Below are positions 1 to 9,331 of a stretch of DNA of 64,000 bases, piece by piece; positions within the stretch are counted from its first letter, which is position 1, and every line of letters begins with the position of its first letter. Location: assembly GCA_963724295.1 (NCBI GenBank), contig CAVRUC010000008.1, positions 160,001 through 224,000 of the forward strand, written 5' to 3'. The notes under the pieces are model-generated. The model did not search any database. It saw nothing but the letters and a program-made list of their open reading frames with translations, and was not told where the DNA came from. The translations under genes were made by a program, and so were the position numbers. Source of the DNA: an uncultured Chloroflexia bacterium (GTDB lineage: Bacteria > Chloroflexota > Chloroflexia > Thermomicrobiales > UBA6265).

Positions 1-317
1 GCCAGGGAAAGAATCAGGCGCAGGACGACGTTGGGAATGGTGAGCGCCGCCGTGTGGACCATCGCCGTCCGGAAATCGGGGTCATCGGGGAGCCGGGCGT
101 AGTTGCTCAAGCCGACCCAGTTGGGCGCGGAAAGCACATCCCAATCGGTAAAGCTCAGCACTAGCGAGGCGATCAGGGCCAGCAGGAAGAAGAGGAAGAA
201 GCCGAGCATCATCGGGGCGATCAGGAGATAACCCCAGAGGGCCTGACCCCGGGTGCGAGGACTCCACCGCGCCCGGCCGGCGGCATGCGCCGGGTTCGAG
301 AGCTGTGCAATCGCCAT
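1..317 (-). CDS. Carbohydrate ABC transporter permease (5' part, runs off window)
   Basis: Manual translation from ATG 317 after GAGGGGG: MAIAQ...WGYLLIAPMMLGFFLFFLLALIASLVLSFTDWDVLSAPNWVGLSNYARL, a typical MalF/UgpA N-terminus; lies downstream of the sugar SBP. Confidence 0.9.
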   Translation of the reverse strand, partial: MAIAQLSNPAHAAGRARWSPRTRGQALWGYLLIAPMMLGFFLFFLLALIASLVLSFTDWDVLSAPNWVGLSNYARLPDDPDFRTAMVHTAALTIPNVVLRLILSL

Positions 318-379
318 GATTCCCCCTCAAATACACGTTACGTGATGCGTGTGACGACCGCGGAGCGGCGGGCCGCCCA

Positions 380-471
380 CGTCATCCTGGCGACTTTGCG
401 GGAGGGACCTCGGCTTGGTGTCGCCAGCGAACTCCATGCCGAGATATCGTGTGCAAAAATCCAGGATGACG
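380..471. repeat. REP-like inverted repeat between SBP and permease genes
   Basis: CGTCATCCTGG (380-390) ... CCAGGATGACG (461-471), perfect 11-bp inverted repeat. Confidence 0.6.
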
Positions 472-509
472 CGCGGTGGACCGCCCACGGATGCGGCCGG
501 CCGCTGCCG

Positions 510-1856
510 TTACCCGGCGCTGAGGGCTGCATTGGCGGCCTCGTTGGCGCGAACGCAAATCTCCTCGCGCGGGATGCCCCCGCTCCAGCCCTCGATGAGG
601 ACTTCGATGACGTCGTCCCCCCATTCTGGGCCGGCCACCGGACTCGGCAGAGGGAAGGTGTAGTCGACCGCGTCGATGAAGATCTGCAGGTCCATGGAGG
701 GAATCGAGGCCACCCAATCCTCCTGCTGACCCTCCATGGCCGGGATCACCGTGCCGGTCTGCCCGAGAATCAGTTCGGCCTCGGCGGAGGCCAGGAACTT
801 GACCCACTCCATTGCCGCGCACTGGTTCTGGCTGCCGCTCCAGATCACATTGCCGATGCCGTGAATGGCGGAGGCGCGCGTCTTGCCCTGTGGTAGGGGC
901 GCAACCGCGATGGCCGGGTTGGCCTGGCTGAAGGTCAGAGCGTTCCAGGAGCCGCCCGGAATCATGGCGATGACGCCTGCCGGGAAGAGGGATTCGTGCG
1001 GATCGTTGGTCTGCTGAGTTGCCACTGAAGGGGAGAGGCCATCAGCGATGAAGTCGCCCGCGAAGTGGATCGCCTCGCACGCGGCTTCCTCGGCGAGCAT
1101 CGCCTCCGTCTGCTCGGCGTTGAGGATTTCCCCCCCGTTCTGCTTGATCAGGTTGAAATAGCCTTCCTGGTCGCCGAGCGGGGAGGCATATCCCCACTGG
1201 CTGGCGGTGTCGCCATCCATGATGGTCAGCGCCTCAGCGGCAGTGCGCAGGTCGTCCCACGTCCAGTCGCCCGTTGGATACTCGACCCCCGCCGCGTCAA
1301 AAAGATCCTTGTTGTAATAGAGGCCGATGGTGTCGAAGTCCCGCGGGATGGCGTAGATCGTCTCTTCGAAGGTGTATGCGTCGATGAGCGCTTCTGGATA
1401 GGCAGACGGGTCAATACTGCCATCGTCGACGAGTGACTGAATCGGCACGATGATGCCCTGCGAGGCATAGATCGGCAGGTTCCGCGTGTTGAGCCAGAAG
1501 ACATCGTAGGCCGCGCCGCCGGCCGCCGAGGTCTGCAACTTCGTCCAGTAGTCGTCCCACGGCACCACCTGCGGCTCGACCGTGATGTTGGAATGCACCT
1601 CGTTGAACGCGGCAATCTGCGCCTCAACCGCCGGGAGTTGCGCGGCGTCCCAGGTGCCATAGCTGATGGTGATGTCCTCGCCACCGCAGACCGCATCCTG
1701 CGCCGCGCGAGTGCTCCTGGTGCTGGTCCGGCCGCCCAGGGCGGCGAGGCCGAGCCCAGTCGCACCCCTGGCGCCCGAGCGCAAGAGCGAGCGGCGAGTG
1801 ACGAACTTCTGCAACCTTGCGTAGGCTTCGCTGCCCATCCGTACGTCACGTGTCAT
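510..1856 (-). CDS. Sugar ABC transporter substrate-binding protein, Tat signal
   Basis: TRRSLL twin-arginine motif; WDDYWTKLQT, LYYNKDLFDAAG and WTWDDL motifs of family 1 SBPs. Confidence 0.92.
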   Translation of the reverse strand: MTRDVRMGSEAYARLQKFVTRRSLLRSGARGATGLGLAALGGRTSTRSTRAAQDAVCGGEDITISYGTWDAAQLPAVEAQIAAFNEVHSNITVEPQVVPWDDYWTKLQTSAAGGAAYDVFWLNTRNLPIYASQGIIVPIQSLVDDGSIDPSAYPEALIDAYTFEETIYAIPRDFDTIGLYYNKDLFDAAGVEYPTGDWTWDDLRTAAEALTIMDGDTASQWGYASPLGDQEGYFNLIKQNGGEILNAEQTEAMLAEEAACEAIHFAGDFIADGLSPSVATQQTNDPHESLFPAGVIAMIPGGSWNALTFSQANPAIAVAPLPQGKTRASAIHGIGNVIWSGSQNQCAAMEWVKFLASAEAELILGQTGTVIPAMEGQQEDWVASIPSMDLQIFIDAVDYTFPLPSPVAGPEWGDDVIEVLIEGWSGGIPREEICVRANEAANAALSAG

Positions 1857-2019
1857 GCCTTTACCTCCGGTTACCGGCTCGCGGCGGATTTCGTTAAGGC
1901 ATTCCTGAAACGCTTGGGTCCTGCACCCCCTTTCAGTGAAAATCTGCTGCTTACTAAGGGAGCCTGGGATGAACTAGGCGTGGCGAACAAGGCAGACTGG
2001 GCAGGTGAGCGACGAGAGC

Positions 2020-2094
2020 GTGATCGATGGCACCAGCGGATCGGCCAGCAGCGCCCGCAGGGCTAGAGCGCGGTCGCCAGTGACGGCGGCATCG
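2020..2094 (-). pseudogene. C-terminal remnant of a family 4 glycoside hydrolase (GH4)
   Basis: DAAVTGDRALALRALLADPLVPS matches the GH4 C-terminal A-x-x-GD-x-x-x-A-x-x-ALL-x-DPLVPS pattern. Confidence 0.65.
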
Positions 2095-2475
2095 AAGAGC
2101 CCGGGCCACCTCGAGCGTTGTGCTGCCGCTGCCCAGGAAGATCGTTTCGTCGTCGCTGGCCAACGCTGCCGCGGCCCGCGCGATCTGCTGTTTCGCCACC
2201 CCCTGATCCCTAGTGCGCTGCAAGATCGGCAGTTCGGGCGGCGCCTGGCGCACGTTGACCGCCCCGCCGTGCACGCGGCGGACATCGCCCGCCTCAGCTA
2301 GGATGAGGATGGCGCGCCGGGCAGTGGCTGGGCTGACGTTGAAATGCTCGGAAACCTCGGTAACCGTTACCCGGCCCTGCTGTTCGATGAACAGCCTGAT
2401 CCGTTCGGCTCTCGAATCACTAGAGCGCAGATGCAGCACTTCTGACCGCTTTTCGTGCATTGAACGAGCATTCAT
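2095..2475 (-). pseudogene. DeoR/GlpR-family regulator, truncated after the start of the sensor domain
   Basis: HTH (VTVTEVSEHFNVSPATARR), RVHGGA, KQQIARAAA and IFLGSGSTTLEVARAL; similarity ends abruptly near 2095. Confidence 0.8.
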
Positions 2476-2639
2476 GGCCGTTTCTTGGCAAAAAGTGGTG
2501 GAATTTCTTGCATCCTACTGCACGAGCCGTGCATCGTTGATAAGAACGACGCAAGTTGGGTGCCAAGGGCTTAAGTTACGTTCATGTCGCTTTCGCGTGT
2601 GCCCCTCCCGGCAGCCAGGCGCGACTGGACACATCGCAG

Positions 2640-2858
2640 TTACACGTTTGGACTTGCCGGGAGTTGTCGGGCTGTCAGTCGCCGCCTGAGCTCCCCCAGC
2701 TCCGGCGCGGTCTTCAGCCGCACCGCCTTGGCATCGCTCAAGCCCCGAATCCGCGCCAGCTCCGCCACGTCCAGGCGGTAGATTCCGCGCAGCCCACTGT
2801 GGTCTGCCAGCAGCCGCAGCGAGACGGCGGTGACGGTTTCGTTCCCGACGCCGGTATA
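2640..2858 (-). pseudogene. radC: Internal fragment of a second radC copy
   Basis: Translates to TGVGNETVTAVSLRLLADHSGLRGIYRLDVAELARIRGLSDAKAVRLKTAPELG, aligning with the intact RadC segment TGTLGETVTDLSQRLLAQYGGLRGLFRLDLIELARIRGVGDAKSVRLKAALELG. Confidence 0.85.
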
Positions 2859-2981
2859 CGGAGCAGGTACAACCGCTCGTTCTGTGGTTCACAGCGGAGG
2901 ATGCGGCGCGGGAAGTCGCGGCCTGAACGGAGCGCAGTGGTCCGCATCCAGCGGTTCCCTGCCGCGTGGGGGAGCGTGGTG

Positions 2982-3083
2982 CGATAGCCCGGGAAGAGTC
3001 GCCTTATCTGGAACCGGAGTCAGACGCTGGCAAGCGGATACGCGGGAAGACTGGTTCCGATCATGGGCCAGCCTGTTGGACAC
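2982..3083. repeat. ~100-bp imperfect direct repeat, copy 1
   Basis: Aligns with 3904-4004 (shared CCCGGGAAG, TTATCTGGAACCGGAGTC, GTTCCGAT, GGCCAGCCTGTTG). Confidence 0.9.
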
Positions 3084-3253
3084 GTCCCTCGCCTCCGATT
3101 CCGAGACCTTCGCGCGGCGGTGGCTCCCCGATTTGGCGTGGACATTGTGCGCACATCGCTATAGTGCGACGGACCTTGGCCGCGATGTCGTCACCGGCGC
3201 GTCTCTGTATTTAGTGGTCGTGCGCGGGACGCGGCGCACGAGGAGGCCGGGTG

Positions 3254-3817
3254 ATGGACGAGGAGCTGGGCGAGGACGGATACCCTCCCGGGTGGCCCGC
3301 GCCACTGCAGGACCTGCGGCGGGTGGTGCCGATCGCGCAGACTGTCACCGTCGGCGGGATCGTGCTGATGGCCTTGTCGCTGGACGACTTCCCCGTCGGC
3401 TTCACCGTCCGGCTCCGGCTGCTGCTGGCGGACGGGCACCCCATGGTCGAAGAGCAGCGGCGTCAGGATGCGGAGGTCCAGCACCAGTGGGCGGAGGCGG
3501 CGCGCCGCGGGGTACTGGAGGCGGATGACGCTGAGGAGGAAGCGACATTCGTCGGAAGGTTCCTGCCCGTGCCCGAGTGGGAGCTGGAGGCCCGCGATGA
3601 CCGCGGGCAGCAGTACCGCGACTGGGGCGGGGAGTCGTCGTGGGGCTCGAGCCTGGAAGGGCGGGCGGAGCCGATCTTCACCCCAGCGCTCGATCCGGCC
3701 GCACGTGAGCTGCGGCTGGTGGTGCCGGAGGTGCCGTGGCGGACCGTCGCCGGTCGGGAGATGGGGGAGATCGTCGCGGTTGACCGGGGGCCCTGGACGT
3801 TCACGGTCGCGCTGTGA
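3254..3817 (+). CDS. Hypothetical protein (beta-rich, DDRG..Y and GPW.F motifs)
   Basis: AGGAGG SD at 3241, coding-like codon usage, about 187 aa; bracketed by the direct repeats. Confidence 0.75.
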   Translation: MDEELGEDGYPPGWPAPLQDLRRVVPIAQTVTVGGIVLMALSLDDFPVGFTVRLRLLLADGHPMVEEQRRQDAEVQHQWAEAARRGVLEADDAEEEATFVGRFLPVPEWELEARDDRGQQYRDWGGESSWGSSLEGRAEPIFTPALDPAARELRLVVPEVPWRTVAGREMGEIVAVDRGPWTFTVAL

Positions 3818-3903
3818 GCCATGCCCAATGCGCCGACGCGGTCCGGGTTGCCGATCCGATCTCGCCACGTCACCGAAGAACGGGCAGAGGACAGAAATGG
3901 GTC

Positions 3904-4004
3904 CGATAACCCGGGAAGCGCCGCGTTATCTGGAACCGGAGTCCTACGCTCTCAAGCGAAAAAGCGGGGAGTTGTTCCGATAATAGGCCAGCCTGTTGAA
4001 ACAC
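3904..4004. repeat. ~100-bp imperfect direct repeat, copy 2
   Basis: Partner of 2982-3083; internal inverted motifs TTATCTGGAAC / GTTCCGATAA. Confidence 0.9.
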
Positions 4005-4262
4005 TCTCCGGGTGACGCGTTAGGAGCCTTCTGCGGCTGCTTCACGCTCCCAAATGGCGGTCGTGCCGGCGCCGGTGCTCATCGGTCCACAGACCCTTGG
4101 AGGAGGCGATCACCCCAGTAATCGCCTCATCGCTCAGGCGGTCCTTGACTCGTGGCATGGTCAGTTCCGGAGTCGTTTGGTGTGTTTGGAGTGAGGGAAC
4201 CGCTTGGTGAGCAAGTGCGTCAGAGGAGGTGCGGGGCTCAGGCGATGAAAGGAGACGCAGAC

Positions 4263-5057
4263 ATGATCCATGGAATTGGGTGGACGCGGAAATGCGCGGT
4301 GCGCGGCGTGCGAACCGGAGCAGCATCGTTGGCCCTGGCAGGACTGTTGGCGATAGGAACCATTGGGAATCCCGGTATAGTCGGGGCGCAAGACATGGCG
4401 ACGCCAGAGCAGTCGATGCCAACTGGCGTTCCGACCGTGAGCGTCAGCGGGCACGGTGAGGTCCATGTCCCGCCCGACACGGCCGCCGTCTCCATTGGCA
4501 TTGACGTGATCCAACCCACCCTCGCCGAGGCTCAGGAGCAGGCGACGGCTCAGGCGACCGGGGTGATTGAGGCGCTGAAAGCGGCCGGGATCGCAGACGA
4601 GGATATTCAGACCGCGTACTTCAGTGTGAATATCCTGCGCGACTACTCGGAGAACGCCGACCCGACGCAGATCACCGGCTTTGAGATCGTGAACCAGCTC
4701 CAGCTGACCGTTCGCGATACGGACATGCTTGGTGAGTTGCTTGATGAGGCGGTCAGCGCTGGCGCGAACAACATCAATGGCGTCAGCTTCTACGTGGATG
4801 ACCAGACCGCGGCAGCGAGTGAAGCCCGGCGTCTCGCCGTCGAGGACGCCCGCACGAAAGCGGAGGAGTTGGCCGCGGCCGCGGGTCTGACGCTCGGGTC
4901 CGTCATCTCCATCGCCGAGGGCACAGTCTCGCCGATGCCGCCACCCATGTATGCCGCGCGTGAGGGCGACATGGCGATGGCTGAAGCGGCCGTGCCAGTG
5001 CAGCCCGGATCCTCGATCGTCTCGGTCGACGTGTCGATGACCTTCGCGCTCCGTTGA
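4263..5057 (+). CDS. SIMPL domain (DUF541) secreted protein
   Basis: Signal peptide; VSVSGHGEVHVPPDTA, AVEDARTKAEELAAAAG and VQPG..VSVDVSMTF; SD AAAGGAG. Confidence 0.9.
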   Translation: MIHGIGWTRKCAVRGVRTGAASLALAGLLAIGTIGNPGIVGAQDMATPEQSMPTGVPTVSVSGHGEVHVPPDTAAVSIGIDVIQPTLAEAQEQATAQATGVIEALKAAGIADEDIQTAYFSVNILRDYSENADPTQITGFEIVNQLQLTVRDTDMLGELLDEAVSAGANNINGVSFYVDDQTAAASEARRLAVEDARTKAEELAAAAGLTLGSVISIAEGTVSPMPPPMYAAREGDMAMAEAAVPVQPGSSIVSVDVSMTFALR

Positions 5058-5149
5058 GGACGGGTCCTGAGGAGCACACCTCGCCACGACGTCCTTGAGC
5101 CATGCTTGTCGTCGACCGAAGCAGACGGTGTTGGCGAGGTGCGCTTGCC

Positions 5150-5242
5150 GCTCGCATGGCAGGCGATCCCGCTTCCAGAGCGCGGTAATCCCCTCAATAT
5201 CCGTGAAGAAAAAGTAACAGTGCCGCTGGGAAGATCGGGCAT
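5150..5242 (-). pseudogene. N-terminal remnant of a class III adenylate/guanylate cyclase protein
   Basis: MPDLPSGTVTF / FTDIEGITALWKRDR across a frameshift, the typical LPSGTVTFLFTDIEGST start; no downstream continuation. Confidence 0.75.
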
Positions 5243-5327
5243 GATCCGCTCCAGACGCTCGGCTCGACATGGTGCTTGCCGATGGTCGCACGGGAGCGCA
5301 GGATCCAAGGCGGTAGAAAATCGTGTC

Positions 5328-6059
5328 CTACGCCTTGGGAAAACCCAACCCCAGCCGCTTGAGCGAGAGCCAGCGGCCTTGACCGATGATGAGGTGGTCC
5401 AGCAGCTCTATGTCGAGCAGCTGTCCGGCCGCCACGATCTCGACGGTGAGGGCCACATCGGCCGCCGAGGGCGTCGGATCCCCCGAGGGGTGGTTATGAA
5501 CGGCGACGATGGCGGGAGCGTTTTGACGGACTGCATCACGAAATACTTCAGACACTCGCACTTGCGCCTGGTTGACGCTGCCGCGATAGACCGTCGCAGT
5601 TCGCACGATGCGGTGTTTGGTGTCGAGCAAGACGACCCGCAGTTCTTCTTGCTCTAGTGCCGCCATCTCGATTGCGAGCAAGTTGGCAATATCGTCCGGC
5701 GAACCGACTTGCGGACGCTCATCCGGAGAAAGCACGGCGAGACGCCTGCCCAATTCCAGTGCGGCCTTCAAGCGCACGGACTTGGCGTCGCCCACACCAC
5801 GTATTCTGGCCAACTCGATCAGGTCGAGACGAAACAGCCCGCGTAGCCCGCCGTACTGAGCCAGCAGCCGCTGCGAGAGATCGGTAACTGTTTCTCCCAA
5901 AGTGCCGGTGTTGAGGATAATGGCCAGCAGCTCACCATCGCTCAACGCCGCGGACCCGCGCAATTTCAGCTTCTCGCGCGGACGCTCGTCGGCGGCCATC
6001 TCGCGTAGCATCAGCCGGTAGCCAGGCGGTCTGGCGCCATCCTCGTGGCCGTCGCTCAC
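5328..6059 (-). CDS. radC: RadC family protein (JAB domain)
   Basis: ERPREKL, LSDGELLAIIL.TG, HNHPSGDPTPS..D and LLDHLIIG; GTG start after AAAGGAG. Confidence 0.95.
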   Translation of the reverse strand: MSDGHEDGARPPGYRLMLREMAADERPREKLKLRGSAALSDGELLAIILNTGTLGETVTDLSQRLLAQYGGLRGLFRLDLIELARIRGVGDAKSVRLKAALELGRRLAVLSPDERPQVGSPDDIANLLAIEMAALEQEELRVVLLDTKHRIVRTATVYRGSVNQAQVRVSEVFRDAVRQNAPAIVAVHNHPSGDPTPSAADVALTVEIVAAGQLLDIELLDHLIIGQGRWLSLKRLGLGFPKA

Positions 6060-6096
6060 GGGATCTCCTTTACCCACGGTCGATTCGGCGCGGGTA

Positions 6097-6603
6097 TCAG
6101 CAGCGGAACTGGCAGACACCAGCGCCACCGGCCAGACCCGGCACGTACGGGCAGCAGACCAGACCGTAGAGACAGGGATTGACCGTACCGCCGGTGCAGG
6201 TGACCCCGACATTGGGCGGCTGCTCGCAGGCGCCGCGCGTTCCGCAATAGCCGGAGCAGCAGCCGGAGCAGCCATCACCCCAGTTGCAGTATCCGGGGCA
6301 TGCGGCGCCTCGGTCGGCGCAGCCTCCGTCGCACTGCGCGCGCGGGGTGCAGACGCCCGCTCCGCCGGGCGTGCCGGGACTGCTGGCGCAGCAGACCAGC
6401 CCGCTGCCACAGGCATGATGGGTGCCGGTGGCGCAGCCACAGCCTTCGTAGGTGCAGTGGTTCGCGGTTGCCGTTTGCCGGCGTGCGAAGACCCCAGCCG
6501 TTGCCGCGCCCGTTGCGGCTAGCCCGAGCCGCCGCAGGACGCCGCGCCGCGAGGTCGCTCTGGACAGTGTGCGTGTCAATGCATCGAACCGTCGGTCATC
6601 CAT
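6097..6603 (-). CDS. Tat-exported cysteine-rich protein (22 Cys)
   Basis: MDDRRFDALTR...SRRGVL Tat signal, GGAGGGG SD, Cys/Gly-rich mature part with an internal repeat. Confidence 0.85.
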   Translation of the reverse strand: MDDRRFDALTRTLSRATSRRGVLRRLGLAATGAATAGVFARRQTATANHCTYEGCGCATGTHHACGSGLVCCASSPGTPGGAGVCTPRAQCDGGCADRGAACPGYCNWGDGCSGCCSGYCGTRGACEQPPNVGVTCTGGTVNPCLYGLVCCPYVPGLAGGAGVCQFRC

Positions 6604-6951
6604 GTCCGATCCCCTCCAACGTCGAATGCCGATGCCGCTCGCTCGAGATACGACAATCACACCCAGCCGAGGATGGGGCGGAGCACCCCGCGCCGAGCGA
6701 GAACCTGAGCCTGAACACGCGCGAACTCGCAGGCGCCCCGCTGGGAGTGATCTCATGGTGCTGCCACCGCAGTCTATCTGAATTTCGCGGACCGCGCGCC
6801 TCCTCCGACGCTCGCCTGTCTCCTGGCAGCGACCGCTGATGAGGCCGGTTGCTCCACGAAGTCGTCCGCCAACCCGCGAAGTGGTTCAGGCAGCCGGCAA
6901 CCACGATTCCTGGCGGGTAGACTCTCGCTCCTACCGAGGAGTCCTCACCGC

Positions 6952-7593
6952 ATGACCGACCCCGAGCTTGTGCCTGCCGACCTGATGACAGCCGCCAGGG
7001 TCTGCCAGGAGGTGCTGGCGCCCGCGCTCGATCGGGACTGGAGCGGTCCGGCGGGCGACCTGGAGTGGGATTGCCGGCGCACCCTCGACCACATCGTCGA
7101 TACCCTCTTCCTCTACGCCGCGTACCTGGCCAGTCGAGGGACCGAGCGACTCTCTCCACCGCGCAACGGCGACCCAACCGCTTCGCCCGCACAGCTCCTG
7201 ACGACCGTTGGCGCGGCCGCGGCTGTGTTCACCGAAGTGGCGCGGGCCGCCTCGCCAGGCACGCGGGCGTTTCACCCCGCCGGCATGGCCGATGTCTCCG
7301 GCTGGGTTGGCATGGGCTGTGTGGAGATCCTGGTGCACGCCGACGATATCGCACAGGGGCTGGGTCTGCCATACCGGCCGCCGCACGACCTCGCGGCGCG
7401 AATTCTGGCTCGCCTCTTTCCCTGGGCGCCGGCGGACGTCGACCCGTGGGACAGCCTGCGCTGGGCCGCCGGCCGGGTCGCGCTACCCGATCGCGAGCGG
7501 TTGGGACCTGACTGGTACTGGCACTGCCCGCCGCTCTCGGAATGGGACGGGGCGATCACCAAGCGCACCGCGCCGCCCGCGTGGCGGGAGTGA
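6952..7593 (+). CDS. Maleylpyruvate isomerase N-terminal / DinB-like protein
   Basis: W..PAGDLEWDCRRTLDH, EILVHADDI and LRWAAGR motifs. Confidence 0.8.
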   Translation: MTDPELVPADLMTAARVCQEVLAPALDRDWSGPAGDLEWDCRRTLDHIVDTLFLYAAYLASRGTERLSPPRNGDPTASPAQLLTTVGAAAAVFTEVARAASPGTRAFHPAGMADVSGWVGMGCVEILVHADDIAQGLGLPYRPPHDLAARILARLFPWAPADVDPWDSLRWAAGRVALPDRERLGPDWYWHCPPLSEWDGAITKRTAPPAWRE

Positions 7594-7699
7594 CTCGCGC
7601 CGCGCCGCGATCCCGCCGCGTTACCCGACGCGGTACGATGCGGCCGTTGCCGAGCCGCGAGCAGCGAGTGCGGTACCGATCCGCGCCAAGGAGTTGCAG

Positions 7700-8212
7700 A
7701 TGTTGATCAGCGCCGAGATGAAAGCCGCCCTCACCGAGCAGATCGGGCATGAGTTCGCGGCGATGCTTCAGTACGTGACGATTGCTACCTACTTCGAGAG
7801 TGAGGGGCTGCCGCGGCTGGCCCAGCACTTCTACCGCCAGGCGGAGGAGGAACGCGAGCACGCGATGCGCTTCGTCCGCTACGTGGTCGAGACCGGGGGC
7901 GAGGTCGCCATCCCGACCATCCCGCCGGTCAGGAGTGGGTTTGGCTCGGCCGAGGAGGCGGTCCAGCTATCCCTCGATCAGGAGCAAACGGTCACGCGGC
8001 AGATCAACGCCCTGATGGACCAGGCAATCTCGACCAACGATCACGCCGCGCGCACCATGCTGGAGTGGTTCGTCACCGAGCAGGTGGAAGAGGTCTCCAG
8101 CATGGAGACGCTGCTGCGCATGGTCCAGCGCGCCGGCGAATCAGGACTCCTCTTCGTGGAGAGCTACCTGGCTCAGGGACTCACTGTTGAAGGCGAGGGA
8201 GCGGCGGAGTAG
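7700..8212 (+). CDS. Ferritin
   Basis: EQIGHE..A..QY, QAEEEREHAMRF, WFVTEQVEE ferroxidase motifs; AAGGAG SD. Confidence 0.92.
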   Translation: MLISAEMKAALTEQIGHEFAAMLQYVTIATYFESEGLPRLAQHFYRQAEEEREHAMRFVRYVVETGGEVAIPTIPPVRSGFGSAEEAVQLSLDQEQTVTRQINALMDQAISTNDHAARTMLEWFVTEQVEEVSSMETLLRMVQRAGESGLLFVESYLAQGLTVEGEGAAE

Positions 8213-8232
8213 GGACGCCGGACTTCCACTGA

Positions 8233-9085
8233 CTACTCGTCGCCTTCCTCCCCTGGCTCGGCGCTCTTGCGCGCACGCTCGGCCTCGGCGCGCTGCTCCT
8301 TGCCCCGCTCGGTTGCGGGCTTTGATCCAGTCCTTGCGATACGGCCGCAGGCACTCGACCAGCGCCTCGGCCACCGCCAGATTGTGGAACCATTGGTGGT
8401 CGGCCGGCGTCACGTACCACGGCGCGTGCGGGCTGGCGCAGGCGTTGATCGTCGCCTCATAGGCGGCCATGTAGGCGTCCCAGAACTGGCGCTCCTGCCA
8501 ATCCCGAGGCGAGATCTTCCAGGCGGTCTCCAGGTTGGCTTCGCGCTCCTCGAGCCGCCTGCCCTGCTCCTCCTCACTGACGTGAAGGAAGACCTTCACC
8601 ACGATGATGCCGTGCTCGTGCAACAGCCGCTCGAAGTCGTTGATATTCGCGAAGCGGCGGCGGATCTCGTCCTCCGGCAGCTCGTCGTGCACCTGGGGCA
8701 ACAGCACCTGCTCGTAATAGGAGCGGTCGAAGATCACCAGCTCGCCGTGGCCGGGTGTCAGCTGATCGGCGCGCCACAGGAAATGGTGAGCCTCCTCTTC
8801 CGGCGTCGGCTCCTTGAAAGCCGCCACCCGGCACGATGCCGGATCGGCCGCGGCGAAGACGTTGCCGATGGTGACATCCTTGCCGGAGGCGTCCATGCCT
8901 TGCAGGATGACCAGGATGCCGTTCGCCTCGGCGGCGAACATCAACTCCTGCAGTTCGCGCAGCTCCGCCGTCAGTTCCTCCAGACACTGCCCCGCCTCGG
9001 ATTCGTCAAGCCCTCCGTCCTCGCTCGGATCGATCGCGGCAAGCCGAAACGATCCCCCTCCCTCGACGCGCGTCGCATATCCCAC
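8233..9085 (-). CDS. ppk2: Polyphosphate kinase 2 family protein (probable +1 indel near 8311)
   Basis: LQGMDASGKD, FKEPT.EE..HHFLWR, FDRSYYE and WK.SP.D; removing one base gives NERGKEQRAEAERARKSAEPGEEGDE* ending at 8233. Confidence 0.92.
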
Positions 9086-9128
9086 GTGGGTTCATCCCCT
9101 CCAATGCCCTGCCCATGCGGTTGCACTC

Positions 9129-9171
9129 TGGCCGGCGTAGCGCACGCGCTATGCCAGGAGCCGTCTGCTCA
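9129..9171. repeat. Palindromic ~43-bp direct repeat, copy 1
   Basis: GGCGTAGCGC-AC-GCGCTATGCC hairpin followed by AGGAGCCGTCTGCTCA; partner at 9947-9990. Confidence 0.8.
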
Positions 9172-9331
9172 CCGCTTATGTCGCGCTGGTTGCGGCGTAT
9201 CGTGGAACTTCTGACTCGGGCAACGCTGATTCTGGTACCTATCGCCTCATCTGCCGGTCCAACGCCTCGCGGATGGCGGCGTATCTCGACAGCAGATCGT
9301 CTCTGACGTGCTCAGCGGTCGTATCTGCCAT
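9130..9331 (-). pseudogene. Possible degenerate ISAzo13-like transposase N-terminal remnant
   Basis: LLSRYAAIREALDRQMRR, then in another frame EAIGTRISVARVRSSTIRR...RRP; resembles ISAzo13 Tnp N-termini, judged by eye only. Confidence 0.35.

Noticed and set aside
6060..6440. Ala/Pro-rich N-terminal extension of RadC
   Set aside because: It is an alternative frame of the Cys-rich gene; RadC has SD+GTG at 6059
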